Shown: piece after piece, positions 1 to 8,913 of the stretch | How positions within the stretch are numbered: the stretch's first letter is position 1 | Layout: every line of letters starts with the position of its first letter | Source of the DNA: Pyrinomonadaceae bacterium | Lineage (GTDB): Bacteria > Acidobacteriota > Blastocatellia > Pyrinomonadales > Pyrinomonadaceae | Length of the DNA stretch: 64,000 bases | Assembly (NCBI GenBank): GCA_019694355.1 | Contig: JAIBCB010000005.1 | Coordinates: 42,452 to 106,451, forward strand | Direction of reading: 5' to 3' | Position numbers and translations under genes: made by a program | The notes under the pieces: model-generated | What the model saw: only the letters and a program-made list of their open reading frames with translations | What the model was told of the DNA's origin: nothing | Database searches by the model: none

Positions 1-411
1 CATGAAAGCGGCGAAGCTCTTGAGCGATTCCGAGCGAACATCGCCCTGCAAGGCGGCGATCCGTCGGTCTGTGATAACCCCGAGAAGCTGATCGAGCGAG
101 ATCTGGTCGTTCTCGACCTGCGAGCCGAAAGCGGAGGTTACGTTTCGGCGATAGATGCGTTGAAGGTCGGCGAGGTCGTCGTCTCTCTTGGCGGCGGGCG
201 TCTCAAGGCGTCCGACGACATCGATCCGTGCGTTGGATATGAGTGCGTGGCAAAGATCGGCGACAGCGTGAACGAGGGCGATATCCTTGGGCGTGTGTCC
301 TGCCGCACGTTGGACCAAGCGGCGCAGGCTGAAGCCGCTCTCCGAAAAGCGTATTCGATCAGCTCGTCTCGAGCAGAATCGCCGGCACTTATACGCGACT
401 CGGTCGGCTAA
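1..411 (+). CDS. Thymidine/pyrimidine-nucleoside phosphorylase, C-terminal part (5' end outside window)
   Basis: Frame 1 is open from nt 1 (HESGEALERFRANIALQGGDP...). GGYVSAIDALKVGEVVVSLGGGRLKASDDIDPCVGY...GDSVNEGDILGRV fits the C-terminal domain pattern of pyrimidine-nucleoside phosphorylases. The listed ORF 160..411 is only its tail from an internal alternative start. Confidence 0.8.
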   Translation, partial: HESGEALERFRANIALQGGDPSVCDNPEKLIERDLVVLDLRAESGGYVSAIDALKVGEVVVSLGGGRLKASDDIDPCVGYECVAKIGDSVNEGDILGRVSCRTLDQAAQAEAALRKAYSISSSRAESPALIRDSVG

Positions 412-484
412 AGAATTCCTCTGAACAATTCGTTCGCTTACGACGTAAATCCAAAAACCGGCAAATCACCGGTGATGTCAATTT

Positions 485-1177
485 ATGCTCGAAGCGATCA
501 ACTTATCGAAAACCTACATCAGTGACGGCATAAGCTACGATGCCCTTCGTGCGGTCGATCTCAAGATCGGCAAGGGCGAACGTGCCGCGATCACCGGACG
601 ATCGGGCAGCGGAAAGTCAACGCTCATGCATCTGCTTGCGTGTCTTGACGAACCGACGGGCGGCAGTGTGGTTTTTGACGGCAAAGATATTTCCAACCTT
701 TCCGAACGTGAAAAGAATGTTCTTCGAAACGAGAAGTTCGGCTTTGTATTCCAGCAATTCTTTCTGAACGGACGCGAGACCGTTTTGGAGAACGTTGCAT
801 TGCCGCTTCGGATCCGCGGTTGGCGGGAGTCTAAGATCCGATCGGCCGCAAAGGCGGCTCTCGCCTCGGTGGAACTTTCAGACAAGGCCGGGAAACGAGC
901 TAAGGATCTATCCGGCGGCGAGAAGCAGCGAGTCTGCGTTGCAAGGGCGTTGGTCGGCGAACCGCAAATGATCTTCGCGGATGAACCGACCGGAAATCTG
1001 GATTCGACGACCGGTAAGCTGCTCGAAGAGATGCTGTTTCAGCTGAATGATGCTCGCGGTATCACGCTTGTTATCGTCACGCACGATCCGGATCTTGCAC
1101 GACGGTGCGGGCGCGTTGTGAATATAAAGGACGGCCGCATAGAGTCGGATCTCGACGCATGGAGAGAAATAGGATGA
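485..1177 (+). CDS. ABC transporter ATP-binding protein (MacB/LolD/FtsE-like)
   Basis: Walker A GRSGSGKST, ABC signature LSGGEKQRV, Walker B MIFADEPT, H-loop VTHD. Its stop overlaps the next start (ATGA). Confidence 0.9.
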   Translation: MLEAINLSKTYISDGISYDALRAVDLKIGKGERAAITGRSGSGKSTLMHLLACLDEPTGGSVVFDGKDISNLSEREKNVLRNEKFGFVFQQFFLNGRETVLENVALPLRIRGWRESKIRSAAKAALASVELSDKAGKRAKDLSGGEKQRVCVARALVGEPQMIFADEPTGNLDSTTGKLLEEMLFQLNDARGITLVIVTHDPDLARRCGRVVNIKDGRIESDLDAWREIG

Positions 1178-2448
1178 GACTTTGGGATATTATCCGGATG
1201 GCGAACCGCAGCCTTCTGCGCAATAAGCTTCGCACGTTCCTTACGATCAGTGCGATCTTTGTCGGCTCTTTCACCTTGACGCTGACCAACGGCCTTGGTG
1301 ACGGGCTTCGCTCCTACGTTGAGACCCAAGTTAAAAATGTCGAAGCGGAACGCGTCGTATTTATCCGCAAGCAGGCTCCGGTCGCCGGCCCGCGACTTAG
1401 CGATGATGAGCCCGCAGAGTATCGTGAGGGCGAGAATAAGGATGAAAATGGCCTTGACCCGTCCGCAATGTCTTTTACGCAGCAGCAGATCGAAAGCATT
1501 ACAAAAGATATCCCGGGCATTAAGACGATAACCCCGCATTATTCGATCCAAGCTGAGTACATCACGCTTGACGGCAGCAAAAAATATCAGGCCGAGCTTG
1601 GAATGCTGTCCGACGGCGTTATTCAAAAGACCGAAGCCGGACGGACGATCGACGGGAAGGATCAAGTGATAATTCCGCATGGCCTTGCACGGGCCCTTGA
1701 TGCGAACATCGCTGGTCTTATCGGAAAACATGCAACGATCGCGTATAAGAACGCGGCTGGTGAACTAAAGACGCTCTCGCTTGAGATAGTCGGCGTTGCG
1801 ACCAAAGGCTTTATCACGAACACCAATTCCTTTGTCGATGTGCAAACGGCCAAACAGATCTACGAAGATCAAAAAACCGGCTACGACGCAGATAAATTCT
1901 TCAATTTCTCGCTTCAGATGGAGTCCGTAAGCGATGGGAAACTCGCTGAGGTAAAGAAAGCATTCGAAGCAAAAGGGTTTGCGGCCGATACGATGGCCGA
2001 TCAGAAGAAGCGCACGTACGATGCCATCGGGATCTTCAAGATCGGGATGAATTTCTTCGCAATGATCGCATTGCTTGCTGCTTCGTTCGGTATCGTGAAC
2101 ACGCTAATAATCGCCGTAATGGAGCGCACAAAGGAGATCGGCCTGCAAAAGGCTCTCGGACTCGGACGCGGCAGAATATTCCTGATGTTCTCGCTCGAAT
2201 CGATCCTCATCGGGTTTTGGGGTGCGATCATAGGAATTCTGAGCGGGATCGTAAGCGGCATCATCGCAAATAGGTTTTTCGTGGCCAGGTATCTGCCATC
2301 ATTTGAGGGTTACGACTTTTTCTCATTCACTCTTCCCTCGATCGTCTCGGTGCTTGCTCTTGTTTCGGGGATAGCGTTCGTTGCGGGAGTTTTCCCGGCG
2401 TTTCGGGCAAGTAAACTTAATCCGATCGAATCACTGCGTTATGAGTAG
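1174..2448 (+). CDS. ABC transporter permease, FtsX/MacB-like
   Basis: MRLWDIIRMANRSLLRNKLRTFLT is a typical FtsX-family N-terminus. It has a large extracytoplasmic loop and a C-terminal 3-TM FtsX domain (ERTKEIGLQKALG). I chose ATG 1174, which is coupled to the upstream stop as ATGA. The 1105 start is an N-terminal over-extension. Confidence 0.85.
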   Translation: MRLWDIIRMANRSLLRNKLRTFLTISAIFVGSFTLTLTNGLGDGLRSYVETQVKNVEAERVVFIRKQAPVAGPRLSDDEPAEYREGENKDENGLDPSAMSFTQQQIESITKDIPGIKTITPHYSIQAEYITLDGSKKYQAELGMLSDGVIQKTEAGRTIDGKDQVIIPHGLARALDANIAGLIGKHATIAYKNAAGELKTLSLEIVGVATKGFITNTNSFVDVQTAKQIYEDQKTGYDADKFFNFSLQMESVSDGKLAEVKKAFEAKGFAADTMADQKKRTYDAIGIFKIGMNFFAMIALLAASFGIVNTLIIAVMERTKEIGLQKALGLGRGRIFLMFSLESILIGFWGAIIGILSGIVSGIIANRFFVARYLPSFEGYDFFSFTLPSIVSVLALVSGIAFVAGVFPAFRASKLNPIESLRYE

Positions 2449-2483
2449 GCCGTTGCTGACTTTTTTGCGATTCTAAAGTAAGC

Positions 2484-2518
2484 TAGAACCTCGTTGAAAG
2501 CAGATACGCGAGGTTCTA
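2484..2518 (+). promoter_or_regulatory. Hairpin sequestering the SD/start codon of the BMP lipoprotein gene
   Basis: TAGAACCTCG (2484-2493) and CGAGGTTCTA (2509-2518) are perfect complements separated by a 15-nt loop. The right arm contains GAGG and the A of ATG 2518. Confidence 0.3.
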
Positions 2519-3582
2519 TGTTCAAATCTCCAACCTTTCCGATGATCTTGGCGGTGGTCTTCGCGATGATGGCGTTGAGCGCTTGCAGCTCGACCGAAGC
2601 CTTGCCGCAAACGGGCTGCCACAAGAATATCGGCATAGTGTTTGATATTGGCGGGAAGAACGACCGCTCGTTCAACGCTGCCGCGTGGGAAGGCGTAAAG
2701 CGGGCTCAGAAAGAACTTAATGTTTGTCTTTACGACGTAGAGCCGGGCGATCCGACATCGATCGAACCGGCGATGCGCGCGTTCGCTGAACGCAATTTCG
2801 ATCTCGTTTTCGGAGTAGGATTCGCGCAAGGCCCGATCATGCAGAAGGTCGCGACCGATTATCCGAACGTGAATTTTGCGATCGTTGACGGCGTGATCTT
2901 CGAAGCAGACGGCAAAACGCCAAAGAAGAACGTCGCCTCGCTCGTCTTTCGCGAACATGAAGGCTCGTATCTCGTCGGGATGATCGCCGCCTACAAATCA
3001 AAGACGGGCGTGCTCGGATTTGTCGGCGGAATGGATATTCCGCTGATACATAAATTTGAAACGGGTTTTGAGGAAGGCGCACGTTCGGTGAATCCCAACA
3101 TCCGAGTGATCGATAACTATGTCGGTGTTACGGATTCTGCGTGGAACAATCCGGGCAAGGGCAAGGAACTCGCACTCTCGCAGATAGAAAATGGTGCCGA
3201 CGTGATATTCACCGCCGCGGGCAATTCTGGCCTCGGTGTTTTTGATGCAGTCGAGCAGTATGGCATCGATCCGAAGACGGGCGAGGCGAGGAAGTTCGTG
3301 ATCGGCGTTGATTCGAACCAGAACGGCGTCAAACCCGGCTTTGTGCTTACGTCGATGGTCAAACGCGTCGATAACGCGGTCTTCGATGTCGTAAAGGAAG
3401 TGGTCGAAGGGAAGTTTCAAGGCGGCTTTCACTCGTTCGGCCTCGACAAGGACGGTGTCGCCTATGCCCTCGATGACTACAACCGCAAGCTCATCCCGCC
3501 AGACGTGATCGAAAAGGTCGAGGAAGCGAAGAAGAAGATCATCGACGGCGAGATCAAAGTTACGGACGCAATGGCGAAATAG
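2518..3582 (+). CDS. BMP-family (PnrA/Med-like) ABC transporter substrate-binding lipoprotein
   Basis: Lipoprotein signal with lipobox (MFKSPTFPMILAVVFAMMALSAC), then GGKNDRSFNAAAWEG and other BMP-family patterns. ATG 2518 is preferred over TTG 2494. Confidence 0.85.
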   Translation: MFKSPTFPMILAVVFAMMALSACSSTEALPQTGCHKNIGIVFDIGGKNDRSFNAAAWEGVKRAQKELNVCLYDVEPGDPTSIEPAMRAFAERNFDLVFGVGFAQGPIMQKVATDYPNVNFAIVDGVIFEADGKTPKKNVASLVFREHEGSYLVGMIAAYKSKTGVLGFVGGMDIPLIHKFETGFEEGARSVNPNIRVIDNYVGVTDSAWNNPGKGKELALSQIENGADVIFTAAGNSGLGVFDAVEQYGIDPKTGEARKFVIGVDSNQNGVKPGFVLTSMVKRVDNAVFDVVKEVVEGKFQGGFHSFGLDKDGVAYALDDYNRKLIPPDVIEKVEEAKKKIIDGEIKVTDAMAK

Positions 3583-3597
3583 CGCTTCGAAGAAAAA

Positions 3598-5088
3598 ATG
3601 CTCGAACTAAAGAACATCACAAAAACATTCGGTTCGGTGGTCGCGAATCGCGACGTTTCATTTAAGGTCGAGAAGGGCAAGATCCACGCGATCGTCGGCG
3701 AGAACGGTGCCGGAAAATCCACGATCATGAAGATCGCTTACGGATTTTACAATGCCGACAGCGGCGAGATCGTTTTCGACGGTCGAGAGGTTTCGATACG
3801 AACACCTCACGATGCGATCGCTCTCGGCATCGGGATGGTGCATCAGCATTTTATGCTCGTCGAGGCGATGACCGTCGCGGAGAACATCATCCTCGGTGCA
3901 GAGACCGGTTCCGCTGTGAACCTCGATCTTGACAAGGCGGAGAGCGAGATCCGGACGCTTTCCGAAGACCTGAAACTTGGCGTCGATCCGAAGGCGTTGG
4001 TCGAAGATCTCTCGGTCGGACAACAGCAGCGGGTCGAGCTTCTAAAGGCTCTCTATCGACACGCAGACCTCCTGATCTTGGATGAGCCGACCGCGGTGCT
4101 TTCGCCGCAAGAGGTCGATGATTTCTTCGCGATCCTGCGTCGGATGCGCGAGCAAGGCAAAACGATCATCATCATCACTCACAAGCTCGATGAGGTGCTC
4201 GCGATCTCCGATGAAGTTACCGTGATGCGTGACGGCAAGGTTGTCGGCAACGTGACGACGAGCGAGACGAACGCGAAGGAACTCGCACGAATGATCGTTG
4301 GCCGCGACGTTCTCCTTCGTGTTGAGAAGCCTGACGCTCATCCTAGCGGAAATATTCTTGAGGTTGAGCAGTTGTCGGTTCGGGGCAAGCACGACGTCGC
4401 CGTCGATGGTGTCTCTTTTGCAGTTCGGGCAGGCGAGATCGTCGGGATCGCCGGTATCGAAGGCAACGGGCAAACCGAGCTGATCGAGTGTCTTGCGGGG
4501 CTTGCCAAGGCCGCATCGGGCTCGATCAAATTTGACGGCCGCGACATCACATCCGCATCTGCTCGCAGGCGGAAAGAACTCGGCATTGCTCATATTCCGG
4601 AAGACAGACATCGACGCGGCCTGCTCTTGAATTCCGATCTTGCGGAGAATTCTATCCTCGGCGTTCACTATCGCCTGCCGATCGCTTCGGCAGGTTTTAT
4701 CAGCAGTGCAGCGGTGGAAAAACGTGTTACCGAGATCATCGAGAATTTTGACGTTCGTCCGCCGAACGCCGAACTTCCGGCTCGTGCTCTTTCGGGCGGC
4801 AATCAGCAAAAGCTAATAATCGGTCGCGAGTTCGAGATCGAACCGCGGCTGCTGCTCGTTTCACAACCGACCCGCGGAGTCGATATCGGCGCCATCGAAT
4901 TCATTCACCAAAAGCTGATCGAGCTGCGCGACTCAGGTGCCGCGATCCTGCTCGTTTCCGCTGAACTGGAAGAGGTTACCGCTCTCGCCGATCGCCTGCT
5001 CGTTATTCGGGAAGGTAAGATCGCAGGCGAGGTCGATCCAAAAACGACATCCATCGAAGACATCGGCCTCTTGATGACCGGCGGATGA
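3598..5088 (+). CDS. ABC transporter ATP-binding protein with two fused NBDs (nucleoside/sugar importer type)
   Basis: NBD1 has [20 protein letters not shown] and LILDEPT. NBD2 has a degenerate Walker A ([10 protein letters not shown]), LSGGNQQKL and [11 protein letters not shown]. This is the usual partner of BMP-family binding proteins. Confidence 0.9.
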   Translation: MLELKNITKTFGSVVANRDVSFKVEKGKIHAIVGENGAGKSTIMKIAYGFYNADSGEIVFDGREVSIRTPHDAIALGIGMVHQHFMLVEAMTVAENIILGAETGSAVNLDLDKAESEIRTLSEDLKLGVDPKALVEDLSVGQQQRVELLKALYRHADLLILDEPTAVLSPQEVDDFFAILRRMREQGKTIIIITHKLDEVLAISDEVTVMRDGKVVGNVTTSETNAKELARMIVGRDVLLRVEKPDAHPSGNILEVEQLSVRGKHDVAVDGVSFAVRAGEIVGIAGIEGNGQTELIECLAGLAKAASGSIKFDGRDITSASARRRKELGIAHIPEDRHRRGLLLNSDLAENSILGVHYRLPIASAGFISSAAVEKRVTEIIENFDVRPPNAELPARALSGGNQQKLIIGREFEIEPRLLLVSQPTRGVDIGAIEFIHQKLIELRDSGAAILLVSAELEEVTALADRLLVIREGKIAGEVDPKTTSIEDIGLLMTGG

Positions 5089-5094
5089 GATTGC

Positions 5095-5410
5095 ATTCGT
5101 GATTCGTGGCTCCTTTTCCTTTAGTGTTGGAAAGAAGGTTTAGCCACGAATGCACGAATATGAACAGCCGCGAGTTTACGAATAAGAAGGGAGATGCACT
5201 GCCGATGAACCTCCATTCATTCGGTGTGCGTAGAAGAGAATTAATTCGTGAATTCGTGACTCCTTTTCCTTTAGTGTTGGAAAGAAGGTTTAGCGACGAA
5301 TGCGCGAATAAGAACAGCCGCGAGTTTACGAATATGAAGGGAGATGCGCTGCCGATGAACCTCCATTCATTCGGTGTGCGTAGAAAAGAATTAATTCGTG
5401 AATTCGTGGC
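5095..5410. repeat. Tandem 150-bp repeat (2.1 copies) built from alternating inverted 17-mers ATTCGTGAATTCGTGGC / GCCACGAATGCACGAAT
   Basis: TCCTTTTCC recurs at 5111 and 5261, giving a 150-bp period. R motifs lie at 5095-5110, 5244-5260 and 5394-5410. L motifs lie at 5143-5160 and 5293-5310. ORF 5106..5414 is a read-through of this repeat. Confidence 0.9.
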
Positions 5411-5421
5411 TTGAGATTTTC

Positions 5422-5793
5422 CTAGAGAACTATTCGGCGATAGTTCAATTTTTGTTCTCCGAAGTTAACGAGCAGAGCAAGACGGTTGCCAGATACTTTA
5501 AGGTAATTGAGAGCTTGTGCAATGTGTTCATTGGCAAGGCCAGCCATTCCTTTTACCTCGAGGATGATCGAGTCGAGCAATACAAAATCCGCAAAAAAAT
5601 GATGTTGTAGGGTCACTCCTTTGTATTGAACGCTATACTGCTTTTCTCGCTCGTATGAGATGCCGGCACGCTGGAACTCGATCTCAAGCGCGTCCTTGTA
5701 AACAACCTCGAGGAAGCCGGCACCTAAATGGTTGTGGACATCCATACAAATGCCAACGATCCTGTAGGATTCTTCTCGATAAACTATATCCAT
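5422..5793 (-). CDS. GxxExxY protein (PD-(D/E)XK nuclease superfamily, small ~124 aa)
   Basis: MDIVYREESYRIVGICMDVHNHLGAGFLEVVYKDALEIEF... carries the GxxExxY signature (GFLEVVY). Size and C-terminus (LLVNFGEQKLNYRRIV) are typical of the family. I set the start at ATG 5793. The 20 upstream codons of the listed ORF translate the flanking repeat. Confidence 0.85.
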   Translation of the reverse strand: MDIVYREESYRIVGICMDVHNHLGAGFLEVVYKDALEIEFQRAGISYEREKQYSVQYKGVTLQHHFFADFVLLDSIILEVKGMAGLANEHIAQALNYLKVSGNRLALLVNFGEQKLNYRRIVL

Positions 5794-5809
5794 AAAAGAA
5801 CAAGAAGCG

Positions 5810-5880
5810 GCCACGAATGCACGAATAAGACTGATCCTAGCTATTCTGGCCATTCATAATCAGCCACGAATGCACGAATA
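5810..5880. repeat. Two direct copies of the L motif GCCACGAATGCACGAATA
   Basis: Exact 18-mers at 5810-5827 and 5863-5880. The first is the inverted partner of 5394-5410 across the GxxExxY gene. Confidence 0.85.
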
Positions 5881-5933
5881 TAGCGTAAAGAAAGCCGCTT
5901 CGTATCCCTGGCTTGAAGACGCTCTAATCCGAT

Positions 5934-7124
5934 CTATCGTTTTGCGAAAAGCTCCCTCATTTGCCCGACGGCTTTCTCTAGGTTCTCCATAGAGGTTGCG
6001 TACGAGATCCGCAGATAGCCGTCGGCGCCGAAGCCTGCACCGTCGGTTACGACGATGTGAGCCTCTTTAAGCATTGCTTCCGCGACAGCTGCAGAGCTTG
6101 AGAACCTTTCGCCGACGAGTCCGCGGACATCTACAAAGGCGTAGAATGCACCTTCCGGCATTCCGCACTTGAATCCGTTCACTTTATTGAGTTCGGGAAT
6201 GAGCCAGTCGCGGCGGCGTTCGTACTCAGCGGTCATTGCGGCTACCGCAGCTTTCGTCTGATCGAAACTATCAAGAGCTTGCGCACAAGCGTATTGGACG
6301 AACGATGTTGGATGAGTGGCCGAATGGCTCTGGAGCTTGACCATCGCCTTTGTCCACTCAGGATTCGAGATCGTGTATCCGATACGCCAACCCGTCATCG
6401 CGAACGTCTTGGAAAAACTGCCTGCAACACAAACAAAATCGCGCACGCTGCTTGGGAGGACCGCTGAAGAGAAAGGCTCCGCCGGCGGATATGCAAAGAA
6501 CAAGTAACATTCATCCGTCAGAACATACACTCCGTGCGAGGCACACAATTCGATGATGCGGATGAGTTCATCTTTCGGGACGACGCGGCCGGTCGGGTTG
6601 TTAGGCGAATTGACGATCAGTAGCTTCGTCTTGTCATTGATCGCGGCCTCGACCATGTCGGCTGTTAGCACGAAGTCGTTGGCTTCTGTTTCGATGTATT
6701 TCGGTGTCGCCCGGCAGAAATGGACGATCTCAGGGAACGTGACCCAATACGGTTTTGGAATGAGAACCTCATCACCGGGATTCAGGAGCGTGCAGGCCGC
6801 GTTGAACAACGCTTGCTTACCTCCGCACGAAGCGGCGATCTCCTGCGGCGTTATTCTTGCACCAAATTCCTTTGCATAAAACTCGACGATCGACTGGCGG
6901 AACTGCGCGAGGCCCGAAGCAGGCGTGTACTTCGTCAAGCCCGAATGCAGGCCTTTGATGGCGAAATCCTTGATAAACTCAGGGGTGTCAAAGTCCGGCT
7001 CACCAACCGAAAGGTCAATTACTTCGATGCCCTTAGCACGCATTTCAGAAGCCATTTGGGCAGCGATCATGGTCGATGAACCGTGCATCGCCGCGACATT
7101 CTCAGAGACAATGAAATTCGACAT
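5934..7124 (-). CDS. Pyridoxal-phosphate-dependent aminotransferase, class I (aspartate aminotransferase-like)
   Basis: 396 aa. PLP-lysine motif SFSKTFAMTGWRIGY and NPNNPTG are typical of AspC-type class I aminotransferases. Confidence 0.9.
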   Translation of the reverse strand: MSNFIVSENVAAMHGSSTMIAAQMASEMRAKGIEVIDLSVGEPDFDTPEFIKDFAIKGLHSGLTKYTPASGLAQFRQSIVEFYAKEFGARITPQEIAASCGGKQALFNAACTLLNPGDEVLIPKPYWVTFPEIVHFCRATPKYIETEANDFVLTADMVEAAINDKTKLLIVNSPNNPTGRVVPKDELIRIIELCASHGVYVLTDECYLFFAYPPAEPFSSAVLPSSVRDFVCVAGSFSKTFAMTGWRIGYTISNPEWTKAMVKLQSHSATHPTSFVQYACAQALDSFDQTKAAVAAMTAEYERRRDWLIPELNKVNGFKCGMPEGAFYAFVDVRGLVGERFSSSAAVAEAMLKEAHIVVTDGAGFGADGYLRISYATSMENLEKAVGQMRELFAKR

Positions 7125-7179
7125 ACAAATGAGATTCTAGCGTTTATCTGTTTGGAATCCGAATTTGGAAGGCGGGTGA

Positions 7180-7270
7180 GCCACGAGGCACGAATAAGAA
7201 AGGATGTGTCGGCCGATGGATATCTAGCTATTCGATGCGCATAGAGGGAATTCATTCGAGAATTCGTGGC
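7180..7270. repeat. Solo miniature element with the same inverted termini (GCCACGAGGCACGAATA ... ATTCGAGAATTCGTGGC)
   Basis: 91 bp. The termini are degenerate copies of the L and R 17-mers seen at 5095-5880. The interior resembles the 83-nt interior of the tandem units (..GCCGATG.A..). Confidence 0.75.
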
Positions 7271-7280
7271 CAAATTGTTT

Positions 7281-7769
7281 TCAACCGAGCTTTTCGCGCA
7301 TTTTGGTTTCGACCAACTCGGGGATGAGCCCCTCGATCCGGCCGCCGAGTTCGAAGACCTGCTTCATCAGCGATGAGGAGACGTAAGAATATTCTTCGCC
7401 TGCCATCAAGAACACCGTTTCGATCGTTGGCTCGAGACGGCGATTCATCAAGGCCATTCGAAGTTCATATTCGTAATCGCTGACGGCCCGTATGCCGCGA
7501 ATGATCGCCGAGGCATCTACTGAGCGGGCGAATTCAGCGGTCAGGCCCGAGAAACTTTGTACCGTAAGATGGCAGCCGTCGCGTTTTATGCCGCGAAGAA
7601 CATCGTTGATCATTTCGCAACGCTCTTCGACGGAAAACATCGGGGCTTTGTCCGGATTATTTAGGACAGCAACGACGATCTCATCAAAAAGAGGTGTCGA
7701 GCGCTCCAAAATATCCAAGTGGCCGTTGGTTAAAGGGTCGAATGAGCCGGGAAATATTGCTTTTCGCAT
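7281..7769 (-). CDS. coaD: Phosphopantetheine adenylyltransferase
   Basis: MRKAIFPGSFDPLTNGHLDILERS... is the canonical CoaD N-terminus with the (T/H)xGH motif. 162 aa. Confidence 0.95.
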   Translation of the reverse strand: MRKAIFPGSFDPLTNGHLDILERSTPLFDEIVVAVLNNPDKAPMFSVEERCEMINDVLRGIKRDGCHLTVQSFSGLTAEFARSVDASAIIRGIRAVSDYEYELRMALMNRRLEPTIETVFLMAGEEYSYVSSSLMKQVFELGGRIEGLIPELVETKMREKLG

Positions 7770-7918
7770 CGAAGTGTAAATACTTTGTAATTACAATCTG
7801 TAATTATTTCGTCAAACGTATCGCCGAAAGCTTCCAAACGGACCGATACAGGTGGTAAAATCCAAGCTATCGGAGACAATTTGCGATTTTGCGAGACAAA
7901 CATAGCATAGTAACCACA

Positions 7919-8593
7919 ATGGGCAAAACCGGAACCGCGGCCGCGTTCTACGATCTCGAAGGGACGCTGGTGAGTACAAATCTTGTGCACACGCTCGCTT
8001 TCTATGCGAAACGCCAGCAAGGCTTGTGGCAAACGGCGAAAAAGAGCGTCGAGACGCTCGTCAAACTGCCGTTCTTTGGCGTTGCGGACCTTTATTCGCG
8101 AAACGTTTTTAACGAGGTCTTTTTCCGCAGTTACGAGGGCTTTTCGCAGGACCGTCTGCGTTATTTTTCGGAGGAACTGTTCGAGGAAGTGCTAAAACCG
8201 GCGATCTTTCCGGGTACGCCCGAGTTGATCGCCCAGGGCAAGAAGATCGGCCAGCGGCAGGTGGTGCTGACGGGTGCGTTGGATTTCACGATAGATCGGC
8301 TGATGGATCATCTTGGGATCGATGATTATGTGGCAAACCGTCTTGAATTCGTGAACGGATATGCGACCGGCCGCGTTCTGCCGCCCGTGATGGCGTCCGC
8401 GACGAAGGCAAAATGGATACGCGAGTACGCGGAGCGTGAGAACGTCAACCTTTCGGAATCTTATGCCTATTCCGATTCGATCTCTGACCTGCCGATGCTT
8501 TCCATCGTCGGCCACCCCGTCGCCGTTTGCCCCGACTTTCGCCTCAAGCAAACCGCGAGACAGCACGACTGGGCGGTCTTGGACCTGAAATAA
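7919..8593 (+). CDS. HAD-IB family hydrolase (SerB-like phosphatase family)
   Basis: AAFYDLEGTLV (DxxGT motif I), then a cap region, then ...AYSDSISDLPML (motif IV-like). ATG 7919 is preferred over TTG 7889. Confidence 0.8.
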   Translation: MGKTGTAAAFYDLEGTLVSTNLVHTLAFYAKRQQGLWQTAKKSVETLVKLPFFGVADLYSRNVFNEVFFRSYEGFSQDRLRYFSEELFEEVLKPAIFPGTPELIAQGKKIGQRQVVLTGALDFTIDRLMDHLGIDDYVANRLEFVNGYATGRVLPPVMASATKAKWIREYAERENVNLSESYAYSDSISDLPMLSIVGHPVAVCPDFRLKQTARQHDWAVLDLK

Positions 8594-8623
8594 AAGGTGC
8601 ATTGCCGACAAACATCTGATAAA

Positions 8624-8639
8624 GTGGCTACGTAGCCAC
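8624..8639. promoter_or_regulatory. Perfect 16-bp palindrome GTGGCTACGTAGCCAC upstream of the antitoxin gene (candidate TA operator)
   Basis: The exact palindrome lies 22 nt upstream of ATG 8662, followed by GGAGG. Type II TA operons are commonly autoregulated through such sites. Confidence 0.35.
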
Positions 8640-8661
8640 CTATGGCTTTGGAGGTTGTAAA

Positions 8662-8913
8662 ATGTCACATAATGTAAAACAGGCGAAGAATAATCTGAGC
8701 ACACTTATAAAACTTGCTGAAAAAGGCCAACCCCAAGTGATACGGCGGCACGACAAGGAGGTCGCGGTCGTTGTATCCATAGAGGACTGGAAAAAAGCAG
8801 GCGGAAAAAGGAAAACACTGCTGGAGATATTTCAAGGAAGCGGCCTGAAAGAGATTTTGCCATATTTGGAAGACCGTCCTGACGATCCGCCGAGAGAGGT
8901 GATCTTTGAATAA
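8662..8913 (+). CDS. Type II antitoxin, Phd/YefM family
   Basis: MSHNVKQAKNNLSTLIKLAEKGQPQVIRRHDKEVAVVVSIEDWKK is the typical Phd/YefM N-terminal pattern. It sits immediately upstream of a PIN toxin gene (TAA ATG junction). Confidence 0.85.
   Translation: MSHNVKQAKNNLSTLIKLAEKGQPQVIRRHDKEVAVVVSIEDWKKAGGKRKTLLEIFQGSGLKEILPYLEDRPDDPPREVIFE

Noticed and set aside
5106-5610. ORFs 5106..5414 (+, 102 aa) and 5398..5610 (+, 70 aa) as possible genes.
   Set aside because: The first is a read-through of the 150-bp tandem repeat, and its peptide is internally duplicated for that reason. The second is antisense to the well-supported GxxExxY gene.
7786-7806. TGTAATTACA palindrome followed by TGTAATTA in the coaD/HAD divergent promoter region.
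   Set aside because: It is AT-rich and only 10 bp long, so it is easily explained by chance in a promoter region. I cannot assign a regulator.
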